Virus record (IMG/VR): IMGVR_UViG_3300025446_000004
Span: 25,757 to 89,756 of that record
DNA: 64,000 nucleotides
From: a virus
Strand: one strand, 5' to 3'
The notes under the pieces were generated by a model. The model saw only the letters and a program-made list of their open reading frames with translations. It did no database searches and was not told where the DNA came from. Positions within the stretch are counted from its first letter, which is position 1, and each line of letters begins with the position of its first letter. The translations under genes were made by a program, and so were the position numbers. This document shows, piece by piece, positions 17,063 through 24,779 of the stretch.

Positions 17063-17992
17063 ATGGCTGAAAGCAACATTCAGACAATAACATTCAACGA
17101 TGTAAGCGGGTTATCATCTCAAGTGATGTTTTTACAATTGCGGGCCGGTTTACTCGGGAACTCTCGAAAAATGGGAGGCGATATTTTCAACACTCCGGGA
17201 ACCGATGTTGCATGGTTATCCGCAAACAAAAAACTCCTTGAGTCACCGCAATTGGACGCGATACGCAAAGCAGACATGCGCATACGTCAGTGGTTATATA
17301 ACTCAAAGGGACCAGCGTTACCTTGCAGCTTTGATGCGTTTACAATTCCTAATGGTTCCGTTGTTTCAGTACGGAACAAGCTTGAGGAATTTAAAACGGA
17401 ACGGGCCGGGTTGGTTGATGAATTCATGGCGGTGTACGTGGAACAATCAAGGGAAGCAAGGGAAAAACTCGGCCCGCAATGGAATCCACACGAGTACTTG
17501 ACCCCCGAACGTGTTCGAGCGAAATTTTACTTTGAGTATTCCTTTTATGGTTTCGGAGTCTCCGAAACACTTAAAGAAATTTCGCAAGAACTCTACGATG
17601 AACAAAAAAACAAAATCGAATCGGATTTTCGCAATGCAGCGGACGAGATCACCGCAGTGATGCGGGAAACTGCTTTCGGGTTACTGCAAAACTTGCAAGA
17701 ACAATTGACCCCGGACGATACCACGGGCAAAGCTAAAAAACTTCATCCGGCGGCCCTTGCGAACGTTAAAAACTTTCTTGAAAGTTTCAGCATCAAGAAT
17801 GTTACAAATGACAATGAACTCTCAAACATTCTCGCGCAAGTGAAAACACTGGTGACCGGGGTCGATACAAAAACCATTAAGGCCAGCGAGTCATTTAAAA
17901 CAAACATGCGCGATAAACTCGCAGAGATTACCGGGAAACTTTCGACCATGGTCGAGGAAAAATCGGGCCGCAAGTTTCTATTCGATGAGTGA
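17063..17992 (+). CDS. DUF3150-like helical protein
   Basis: Overall pattern (KKLL...ALP...F...Y...Y.TPERVRAKF.F) and neighbourhood. Confidence 0.55.
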   Translation: MAESNIQTITFNDVSGLSSQVMFLQLRAGLLGNSRKMGGDIFNTPGTDVAWLSANKKLLESPQLDAIRKADMRIRQWLYNSKGPALPCSFDAFTIPNGSVVSVRNKLEEFKTERAGLVDEFMAVYVEQSREAREKLGPQWNPHEYLTPERVRAKFYFEYSFYGFGVSETLKEISQELYDEQKNKIESDFRNAADEITAVMRETAFGLLQNLQEQLTPDDTTGKAKKLHPAALANVKNFLESFSIKNVTNDNELSNILAQVKTLVTGVDTKTIKASESFKTNMRDKLAEITGKLSTMVEEKSGRKFLFDE

Positions 17993-18058
17993 CAGAACCG
18001 GGCCGGGCAACCGGCCCACGGTTCCTTAACACGTTTTTTCAAGAAAGGAAAAAACCAA

Positions 18059-18724
18059 ATGATTGGAATTACGAAAACTGAACTACAAACCCTGTTTGAT
18101 GCGATCAAAATTCAAGACAAATTTGACCGCAAAGAGTTTGTGCATCTTCTTGTATTGTGCCGTTTGGCGATGCGAACCGGAACAGAAAAGCAATTGTTCG
18201 CAGCAGTCGAAGACGTAAACTGGGAACTCGGAATCGAGCAATCGGAACCGGCGCCCCCGGAACATGATCCACTCGAAAACATGATCGGGAATACGTTACG
18301 TGACTATCGGGCCGCCGGTTTACCTAATCCGGTTGAGCCAAGAATCCACGAGGTAACCCCGGCAGTACCGGACCCAGCTCCGGAACCTGTGCCAGCTTCG
18401 GAACCCGATCTCAATCCCGCAATCACGGAAGCTTTGAACAGTATGCGGGGAGAGTCGATCACCCTAGCAGATGGTATCGCCGTTTCGTTTCTTGGAACCG
18501 GCCCGATTCCTCTTGGGGTTGCATTGGACGTGGAACCGCGCATTGAACAATCGGCAAACTATCCTCGCATTATGCGCCGTTTACAAATCGCGCAAGAATT
18601 ACTCTCAGGTTACTGTCACCAGTACCGCGAAACCGGAACTTTTACTCCGGAATATGTCGGGCAAACGTTCCGGGAAAAATGTATTGCAATTCTGCGTTAT
18701 GTAGTCAACTTGCTAAAAAACTAG
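18059..18724 (+). CDS. hypothetical protein with Pro/Glu-rich linker
   Basis: AAAGGA RBS; last gene of the block. Confidence 0.65.
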   Translation: MIGITKTELQTLFDAIKIQDKFDRKEFVHLLVLCRLAMRTGTEKQLFAAVEDVNWELGIEQSEPAPPEHDPLENMIGNTLRDYRAAGLPNPVEPRIHEVTPAVPDPAPEPVPASEPDLNPAITEALNSMRGESITLADGIAVSFLGTGPIPLGVALDVEPRIEQSANYPRIMRRLQIAQELLSGYCHQYRETGTFTPEYVGQTFREKCIAILRYVVNLLKN

Positions 18725-18819
18725 CCTCGCATTTGACCTATAACGGGCCGATGTGAATACTCCGGGCCAGTACCATGGCAGAAATGCCGGATACTGGCCC
18801 GGTTCTTTTTTGACGGCTC

Positions 18820-19413
18820 CGGCCCGGCCCGGCGGCCCGTTCCCATATAAAAATATATTGAACTTCGACGGCCCGGTAAACGGATCATATGGTCCGGAAC
18901 CATAGAACCGGCCCTGTAAACTACGGCCCGGCGGCCCACGGTTGACTTGTATGGCTCATATACAGTTTTCGTGACCCTATACCCTCAAAAAAATATTTAT
19001 AAGGTAAACCGATTTACTTTCAAGTTTGAAAAACATTTTACCACGGTCAAAGTAAATCGCTTTACCTATAATTTTATATAAGGGTACGGTACCATCCCCC
19101 GGCGGCCCGGCGGCCCATGGGGGAACACTGGCGGCCCATGGCGGCCCGATCTCGTGAGTGACCGGCAACCCCGGCGGCCCGGTACCGGCGGCCCACGTGG
19201 CAACCGGCGGCCCGGCGGCCCGGTTCTACAGGCGGCCCCGGTACCCTGGTTCTAATATATCTATTGAAATAGTAACATTTTGGTTACACGTTACTAGAGT
19301 AATACACCCTACCAATTACATATTACTAAAGTAACTGTATACAATTGGCAACAGTAACGTTACCTTAGTCATCATAGTAACGTTACCAAAGTAACAACCG
19401 CTCCGGGCGGCCC
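18820..19413 (+). repeat. second GGCGGCCC cluster with LacI-like operators and AGTAAC repeats
   Basis: 12 GGCGGCCC; GTAAACCGATTTAC (19004) and GTAAATCGCTTTAC (19052); AGTAACGTTACC at 19353 and 19376. Confidence 0.85.
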
Positions 19414-19566
19414 TTTGGTGGGGTTCGATCTCTTCTAGCAGGAAAAATCCGAGCAAAATCACTTAGGTACTTGATGATTCCGGTCGTCTCTTCTAGTAAT
19501 AAAACTTTCGCGGAATTCTCTTAGGTACTTAGGTAATTTGATTTTACAAGGTGTTGCTTTTTTAGC

Positions 19567-19595
19567 TTGACGTGTTTTTAGGGGCATGATACTTT
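19567..19595 (+). promoter_or_regulatory. sigma70-type promoter
   Basis: TTGACG-17nt-TACTTT with TG. Confidence 0.55.
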
Positions 19596-19651
19596 AGGCT
19601 TGACCCGCAGAGTGGAAACATGAAACGGGATTATTAAATGGGATGGTCACC

Positions 19652-19852
19652 ATGCCAGAACCAATCAAAAATGAACTCTCGCAAGTCATGGCCGCTATGC
19701 GGGCGCGGATTGATTCAACTGACAAGATAGCGCGTGTTACCCGGCGACCAAAGCCAAGATGCAAGCATCCTCATATAAATTTAGCGCATCGTTACCGCAC
19801 AGCAGCACAACTGGCGCGTAAGGCAACGAAACCCAACGGGGCGCCAGTATGA
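19652..19852 (+). CDS. small basic hypothetical protein
   Basis: First ORF after promoter; ATGA overlap with the next gene. Confidence 0.5.
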   Translation: MPEPIKNELSQVMAAMRARIDSTDKIARVTRRPKPRCKHPHINLAHRYRTAAQLARKATKPNGAPV

Positions 19853-20067
19853 CACAAGAGGAATACGAACGTAAGCGGTACTTTGTCCGCCTTGTTTTTC
19901 CAGTATTCAAAATGGAATTCCGATTCAAAGGATGCACTCATTGGTGGACAGAGTATTTTGATTCTAGCCAATATTGCAATAAATCGGGAAGCTTCAGGGC
20001 AGCATTATCACCGTTTTGTGAAATGAGGGAGTTGCAGCCCATACTTGAGGAAGGCGGCCAGAAATGA
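19849..20067 (+). CDS. hypothetical protein
   Basis: ATGA coupling. Confidence 0.55.
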   Translation: MTQEEYERKRYFVRLVFPVFKMEFRFKGCTHWWTEYFDSSQYCNKSGSFRAALSPFCEMRELQPILEEGGQK

Positions 20068-20159
20068 CACGCTGGAATTGTTATATATTTTTACTGAATG
20101 TGTGGTCGTTCATCATAAACTACGCGGCCTACATTCCGCTATTTTTTTAAGGAGACAAC

Positions 20160-20618
20160 ATGGCCTACAGTCCGTGTCCGAAGTGCCAAACGAAAGAAGA
20201 GTTTGATAACTTTTTTGCCACAATGCCCGAGGCGGAAGCAATCGAGTCCGCTGGATTCGCAGTCATGGAACCGGGATTCCGGTTGAAATGCAATCGAAAT
20301 CCTGACCATCATTGGGAAACCTCAGAGGGCCTACACAGAGACCTTGCAGCAGCCGGGCATACAGGCCGCCGGGCGTTGAACGTTATGGAACTACCGGGGA
20401 CAGCACCCAAGCGTAAACCAGTGCGCTATGAGCGAGGGCCGATTGGACTCTTGTTCGATATATTGTTTCCAGAATCCGAGGGCTTTCGGTGTAAACTTTT
20501 ACCGGAAGCCAAGCACTGCCTCCATCGGGCGATGTGCCACTTGCGCGGTGATTTAAAAAATACATATCCGTCTACCAAGGATGGTGTTCCGGTACCCGGA
20601 GTCGTTTGGAACGATTAG
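20160..20618 (+). CDS. hypothetical protein with N-terminal CPKC
   Basis: AAGGAG RBS. Confidence 0.65.
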   Translation: MAYSPCPKCQTKEEFDNFFATMPEAEAIESAGFAVMEPGFRLKCNRNPDHHWETSEGLHRDLAAAGHTGRRALNVMELPGTAPKRKPVRYERGPIGLLFDILFPESEGFRCKLLPEAKHCLHRAMCHLRGDLKNTYPSTKDGVPVPGVVWND

Positions 20619-20651
20619 TTACTTTGGTGACGAGACGTTTTGTTTTGGTAC

Positions 20652-20679
20652 TTGACAGGTTTAGGTGCAGTGTTACACT
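20652..20679 (+). promoter_or_regulatory. sigma70-type promoter
   Basis: TTGACA-16nt-TACACT with TG. Confidence 0.55.
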
Positions 20680-20688
20680 AAGGGTGCA

Positions 20689-21144
20689 ATGAAAAATACA
20701 ACACAAACCGAGTCTTTGGCGTTTCCAAGTGAGCATTGGGCGGTGTTTAATCTCCATGTTAACAATGCCGGGAAGCGTGCGATTCGAGTGACCGAACGGG
20801 AATTTGGAGCAACGAACAAAAAATATATAAAGCTCAAGAACTTGTTTGAGTTGCACGAAATCATGGCGATCTTTGGGGAGAAGCCCAACCGAGTGACCAA
20901 GTTTTTCGCCCATATGGTATATATATTTGCCAATGGGTTTGATGTGGCTCCGCGCAACACCACCGGACCAACCGACGATGGTATCGTCTATGCGGAAGGC
21001 AAGCTCCCAGACAATCGTTTGGTAACATTTTTTTTAAACCGCGACACTGGACTTGTAACGGTGGAACTTACAACCAACAAGGGCAATGGCGTGACAACTT
21101 TATTGAAAAAGCAGGTTTACAATGGCCGCCAAAAAGCAAGTTGA
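20689..21144 (+). CDS. hypothetical protein (C-terminal domain paralogous to the next gene)
   Basis: YAEGKLPDNRLVTFFLNRDTGLV. Confidence 0.65.
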   Translation: MKNTTQTESLAFPSEHWAVFNLHVNNAGKRAIRVTEREFGATNKKYIKLKNLFELHEIMAIFGEKPNRVTKFFAHMVYIFANGFDVAPRNTTGPTDDGIVYAEGKLPDNRLVTFFLNRDTGLVTVELTTNKGNGVTTLLKKQVYNGRQKAS

Positions 21145-21412
21145 GCCGACCCATCTTGGGCCAATAGTCCAATCAGTGACCACTAAGGGCGGTTCAGTAA
21201 TGTTCAACGAGGCTCACGGCGTGTGGGCATCCTACGCAGTAGCCGGATGTGGCGATGAGGAACCCCGATTGGAACTGTTCTATGCTGGTATAAAGTTACC
21301 AGATGGGCGCAATGTTTTACTGTTTGTCAATCGGGAGAATGGTCTTGTAGTTGTCGATGTAGTAAATAAAGATCAGCACGGCGGAATCGAAATTTTCCGA
21401 AAGAAGGTGTAA
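21122..21412 (+). CDS. hypothetical protein
   Basis: YAGIKLPDGRNVLLFVNRENGLV. Confidence 0.65.
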   Translation: MAAKKQVEPTHLGPIVQSVTTKGGSVMFNEAHGVWASYAVAGCGDEEPRLELFYAGIKLPDGRNVLLFVNRENGLVVVDVVNKDQHGGIEIFRKKV

Positions 21413-21544
21413 TGTGAAATCAGTCACGACAGGCGGCAAGTCGCTCAAACGCAACGTGAAGAATCCAAAGGCACACGAAGTGTGGATACAGCGCAAGCGC
21501 GAACGCAACGCGCAGAAGGTGAATCCACAGAAGAAGGGGTAACC

Positions 21545-21988
21545 ATGACACCGGTTAATTCAAAGCGATGTAAGATCAAGCGCATGGTTCATAATACCGT
21601 GCCTTTAATCAATCACCCGATACGTGAGGGATTTTGTGTGGTTGATGGGAAAAAAATATATCCGAACATCAAGGCCGGATGGAGCGCAATAAACTATATC
21701 AGGGCGAACGGCAATGATACGCGGCCCCGTAATGATATGCGTCCATACCTCAGTGAATCGTGCGGACATATTCACATCGGGCACTACAAGTCTCAGCAGC
21801 AAGAGGTAACACCGAGCACCGGGGTTGAGCACGGTGCTCCGAGCACGGTGCTCAGTGGACCGAACTACACCGAGCACGGGCCGAGCACCAAGGCACCGGT
21901 TAATGCGCGGGGGTTCCAGCATCGGGGGCGCACGATCCGACGCAAGACGGAACCACCCGCGCACGTGAGTCAAGAAAGGATAAACTAA
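21545..21988 (+). CDS. hypothetical protein with Zn-binding-like PYxxxxCGHIHIGH motif
   Basis: C..DGK..Y...A...RPY...CGHIHIGH pattern; the 3' part overlaps GAGCAC repeats. Confidence 0.55.
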   Translation: MTPVNSKRCKIKRMVHNTVPLINHPIREGFCVVDGKKIYPNIKAGWSAINYIRANGNDTRPRNDMRPYLSESCGHIHIGHYKSQQQEVTPSTGVEHGAPSTVLSGPNYTEHGPSTKAPVNARGFQHRGRTIRRKTEPPAHVSQERIN

Positions 21989-22144
21989 TATATGGCCGTT
22001 TGCACTATAAAGTTATCCGGGCGGCGATGTCCAAGACCACAGTAGGGTAACATAATAGGAGGCCATTGCTTATAAAGGGGCGTGCCGGGCCAAAACAAGT
22101 TGGTACTCTATATCTTTTTATCAAACTTGAAAGGAGAAAAGAAC

Positions 22145-22333
22145 GTGGGCAAAGCAAACGTGATCCTAGTGAAAGAGTTTTTGAATCTCAACACAAACTG
22201 ACCAGTACCACTCACCGAAATGAACGAGTTCTGGAAATCATGTTCCATGGAGGAACGCGAACAGTACGCGGCGGAGGTTCGCAAACTGGTTCCGGAACTT
22301 GACGGCGCAACGACTGCGGCTGTACCGGCATAA
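22145..22333 (+). pseudogene. small phage protein interrupted by an in-frame TGA
   Basis: AAGGAG RBS, GTG start: MGKANVILVKEFLNLNTN*PVPLTEMNEFWKSCSMEEREQYAAEVRKL... Confidence 0.5.
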
Positions 22334-22411
22334 CTCCGTTGTCACACTGCGCTATTAAATATGCAGTGTGACTCCGGTTTGTTGTAAATTCAACACTGAA
22401 AGGAGCATGAA

Positions 22412-23152
22412 ATGTGCAATTTCGCATCATCCGTTATCACCGCTGACAGAGAATTTTTTCTGCCTACTGAGGATTCTCACAGTACTATTATTCGCCATTT
22501 CGGCCTACACGAATGGGGAACTCATGACCCAAACATCGTGAAGGTTGAAATTACTCCCAATAAAAATATGACCGTGTTCCCAAGTTTGGACACATGGACA
22601 TATCGTGTGGATCAGGATAAGTTTCCTGAATGGCATACTGCCAATCCAGCGGACACTGAGAGACGCGCAAGAGCGGCACTTAAGCTGCGTGCCAAACGTG
22701 GATTCAAGGTTGTCGAGTTGAATGGAACTGACAAACTTGTATCGCTTACTCTTCCAAAAAGAATCGCACGGTTAAACGTTAACGGGGCGCGGCTCCTCAA
22801 GAGTGTTGTAGCTCCGGGTGCCAAACAGGTGTCCCTCTACGGCGTGCCGAATCTGGAAAAACTTACCGTACCAAATGCCACAAAGTATGTGAGTATCGTA
22901 AGTTCGAAAAAGTTAACCAAACTGGCACTCCCTAAAGCCGATACTGTCGAAGCCAGAGGTAACCCTAACCTACAGTATTTGTCTGCTGCGGTTGCCAACT
23001 GTGTTGATGCCCGAAACAATAAAAATCTCGCCAAAATCTATGCGCCAAAGGCAACGCGAGTGTATGTGACTGGTTGCCTGAAGAACGTCAAGATCAAGGC
23101 GAAAAAGGGCGCGTCCATTTATCGTGGGACTGGCACCGCATATGCCAAGTAA
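22412..23152 (+). CDS. LRR-like repeat protein (paralog A)
   Basis: MCNFAS...HS.II...LHEWGTH.PNIVKVEITP N-domain plus ~19-20-aa LRR-like repeats. Confidence 0.75.
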   Translation: MCNFASSVITADREFFLPTEDSHSTIIRHFGLHEWGTHDPNIVKVEITPNKNMTVFPSLDTWTYRVDQDKFPEWHTANPADTERRARAALKLRAKRGFKVVELNGTDKLVSLTLPKRIARLNVNGARLLKSVVAPGAKQVSLYGVPNLEKLTVPNATKYVSIVSSKKLTKLALPKADTVEARGNPNLQYLSAAVANCVDARNNKNLAKIYAPKATRVYVTGCLKNVKIKAKKGASIYRGTGTAYAK

Positions 23153-23210
23153 CCCCAACCCGTATATTTATATACGGAACTCCCGAGAGGGAGATTTTGG
23201 AGAAAAATAC

Positions 23211-23519
23211 ATGGAAAGCAATGACGTAAACACACTCGCAGGAGCAATAACCGGAATGGACCTAACAGGCAAGGTTGTAGTCATTAAGGCTAGCGAATTG
23301 ATATACCCATGGAACATTGGTGACCGGCGAGTTCTTATTCAAGGTGGGTTTGGTTGCAACCCACTTTTCTCGGGGTCCACAGTGTTAGGTATATTTTTTG
23401 CCGATGGTAACTCTAGTCGATTCCAGAGAGACAACATTGCGGGATTGGCCGCCAATACTGAATTGACCCCGGCAGCACAGGAAACATTGGATAAAGAAAA
23501 GGCTAAATTTGGCAAGTAA
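23211..23519 (+). CDS. hypothetical protein
   Basis: GGAG RBS; DLTGKVVVIK...GGFGC. Confidence 0.65.
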   Translation: MESNDVNTLAGAITGMDLTGKVVVIKASELIYPWNIGDRRVLIQGGFGCNPLFSGSTVLGIFFADGNSSRFQRDNIAGLAANTELTPAAQETLDKEKAKFGK

Positions 23520-23566
23520 CTTTAGTAATCTTGACGAATTTTGAAAATCGTGATAAGGTCAACATC

Positions 23567-23785
23567 ATGGTAAAATCAAGCAAACCCGAAAAGAAACTTA
23601 GGCGTACTGGCCCAAGATTCTTTTTTGTATTTGATTTTAATTTACAATGGTTAGCCCCTAAGTTTTCATATGGACAGAAACTTGGATATATTCATATGGG
23701 GTGGTTATCGTTGATGTTTGGATTCGGCATAGCACGGGATACTTTTTTTGATACACTCGATAAAGGGCTCTGGGGCGCATTGTGA
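23567..23785 (+). CDS. hypothetical protein
   Basis: Follows promoter TTGACG-17-TAAGGT (23531-23559). Confidence 0.5.
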   Translation: MVKSSKPEKKLRRTGPRFFFVFDFNLQWLAPKFSYGQKLGYIHMGWLSLMFGFGIARDTFFDTLDKGLWGAL

Positions 23786-24423
23786 ATAGAGCGAAATCAA
23801 ACCGAGTGGTAAGGCTCATGAACAAGTGGTGGGCCGCAACGAAGAAAGCTGACGCTATCAAGCGTCAACTGAATGCCCAAATGATTACACAGCCAAACAT
23901 GGGCAACGGTGTGCCGTGTACCGTCCACTATTCAGCGGGTGATGAAGGGCAGCCATGGGTACACCCGTCATGGGGAAGCCGCCCAGAGCCGCCAGCACCG
24001 GAGAAGTTTGATATAAAGTTTAACGAAGAGACGGCACATCGGGCAAAAATTATCACGGACAACCTGAAATCTTTACAGGCGAAACTCGAAGGGTTGTCCA
24101 ATGGTACTTTACGTCCTAACAAGGGTGTTTTCAAAGACTTAACAAATAGCGTTGAGTCTGCCCGGATGCAAATCGAGAACAACATTCCTTACATCCAACA
24201 GTGCGCTGCTGAGGAACTGGAAAAAAAGGTAGGGGCAGCCGTAATGGAATTTGAGGCGTACATGACTCGAAGCTGTGAAGCTAGAGGGTTAGCAGCGATG
24301 CGCTCCGGGGCACCTGTATTGGCCCTACAAGCGTCTACTGGCCCGGATAGGGTCGATGTACCCCAACTGACAGATGGCGCGTCTGAAGACGAATCTGAGC
24401 CACTAGAAGGGCATGGGGTATAA
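23782..24423 (+). CDS. hypothetical protein with NxGxGVPCT motif and coiled coil
   Basis: GTGA overlap; NMGNGVPCT. Confidence 0.65.
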   Translation: MNRAKSNRVVRLMNKWWAATKKADAIKRQLNAQMITQPNMGNGVPCTVHYSAGDEGQPWVHPSWGSRPEPPAPEKFDIKFNEETAHRAKIITDNLKSLQAKLEGLSNGTLRPNKGVFKDLTNSVESARMQIENNIPYIQQCAAEELEKKVGAAVMEFEAYMTRSCEARGLAAMRSGAPVLALQASTGPDRVDVPQLTDGASEDESEPLEGHGV

Positions 24424-24424
24424 T

Positions 24425-24775
24425 ATGGAAATCACCAAGCTACAAAGTGGATTTGCTCAGCATGTATCTCATATTGAGCGCGATAATGAGATACATGCCC
24501 AATATTATTCAACCATGTTCGAGCAGTTTGTTGATATAAATATATTACATAAACCAGAACGCGATATGGGTACAGCGCAGAAAGCCATAGAAGAATACAA
24601 AAAACAGTATCCATCGCAGATAAGGTTTCGCATTGTTTTGACCGATAAATCCAGTATGGTCATTGATGTAACGTATCCGAAGGAAACAACTGGTACAGTT
24701 TGTCCACATTACCATCGGGACGGTCACGTAGCCGGTTATTGCCCGGCCTTGACAAGAGAAGATCACATAGGATAA
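24425..24775 (+). CDS. hypothetical protein
   Basis: Contiguous operon. Confidence 0.55.
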   Translation: MEITKLQSGFAQHVSHIERDNEIHAQYYSTMFEQFVDINILHKPERDMGTAQKAIEEYKKQYPSQIRFRIVLTDKSSMVIDVTYPKETTGTVCPHYHRDGHVAGYCPALTREDHIG

Positions 24776-24779
24776 AGTA

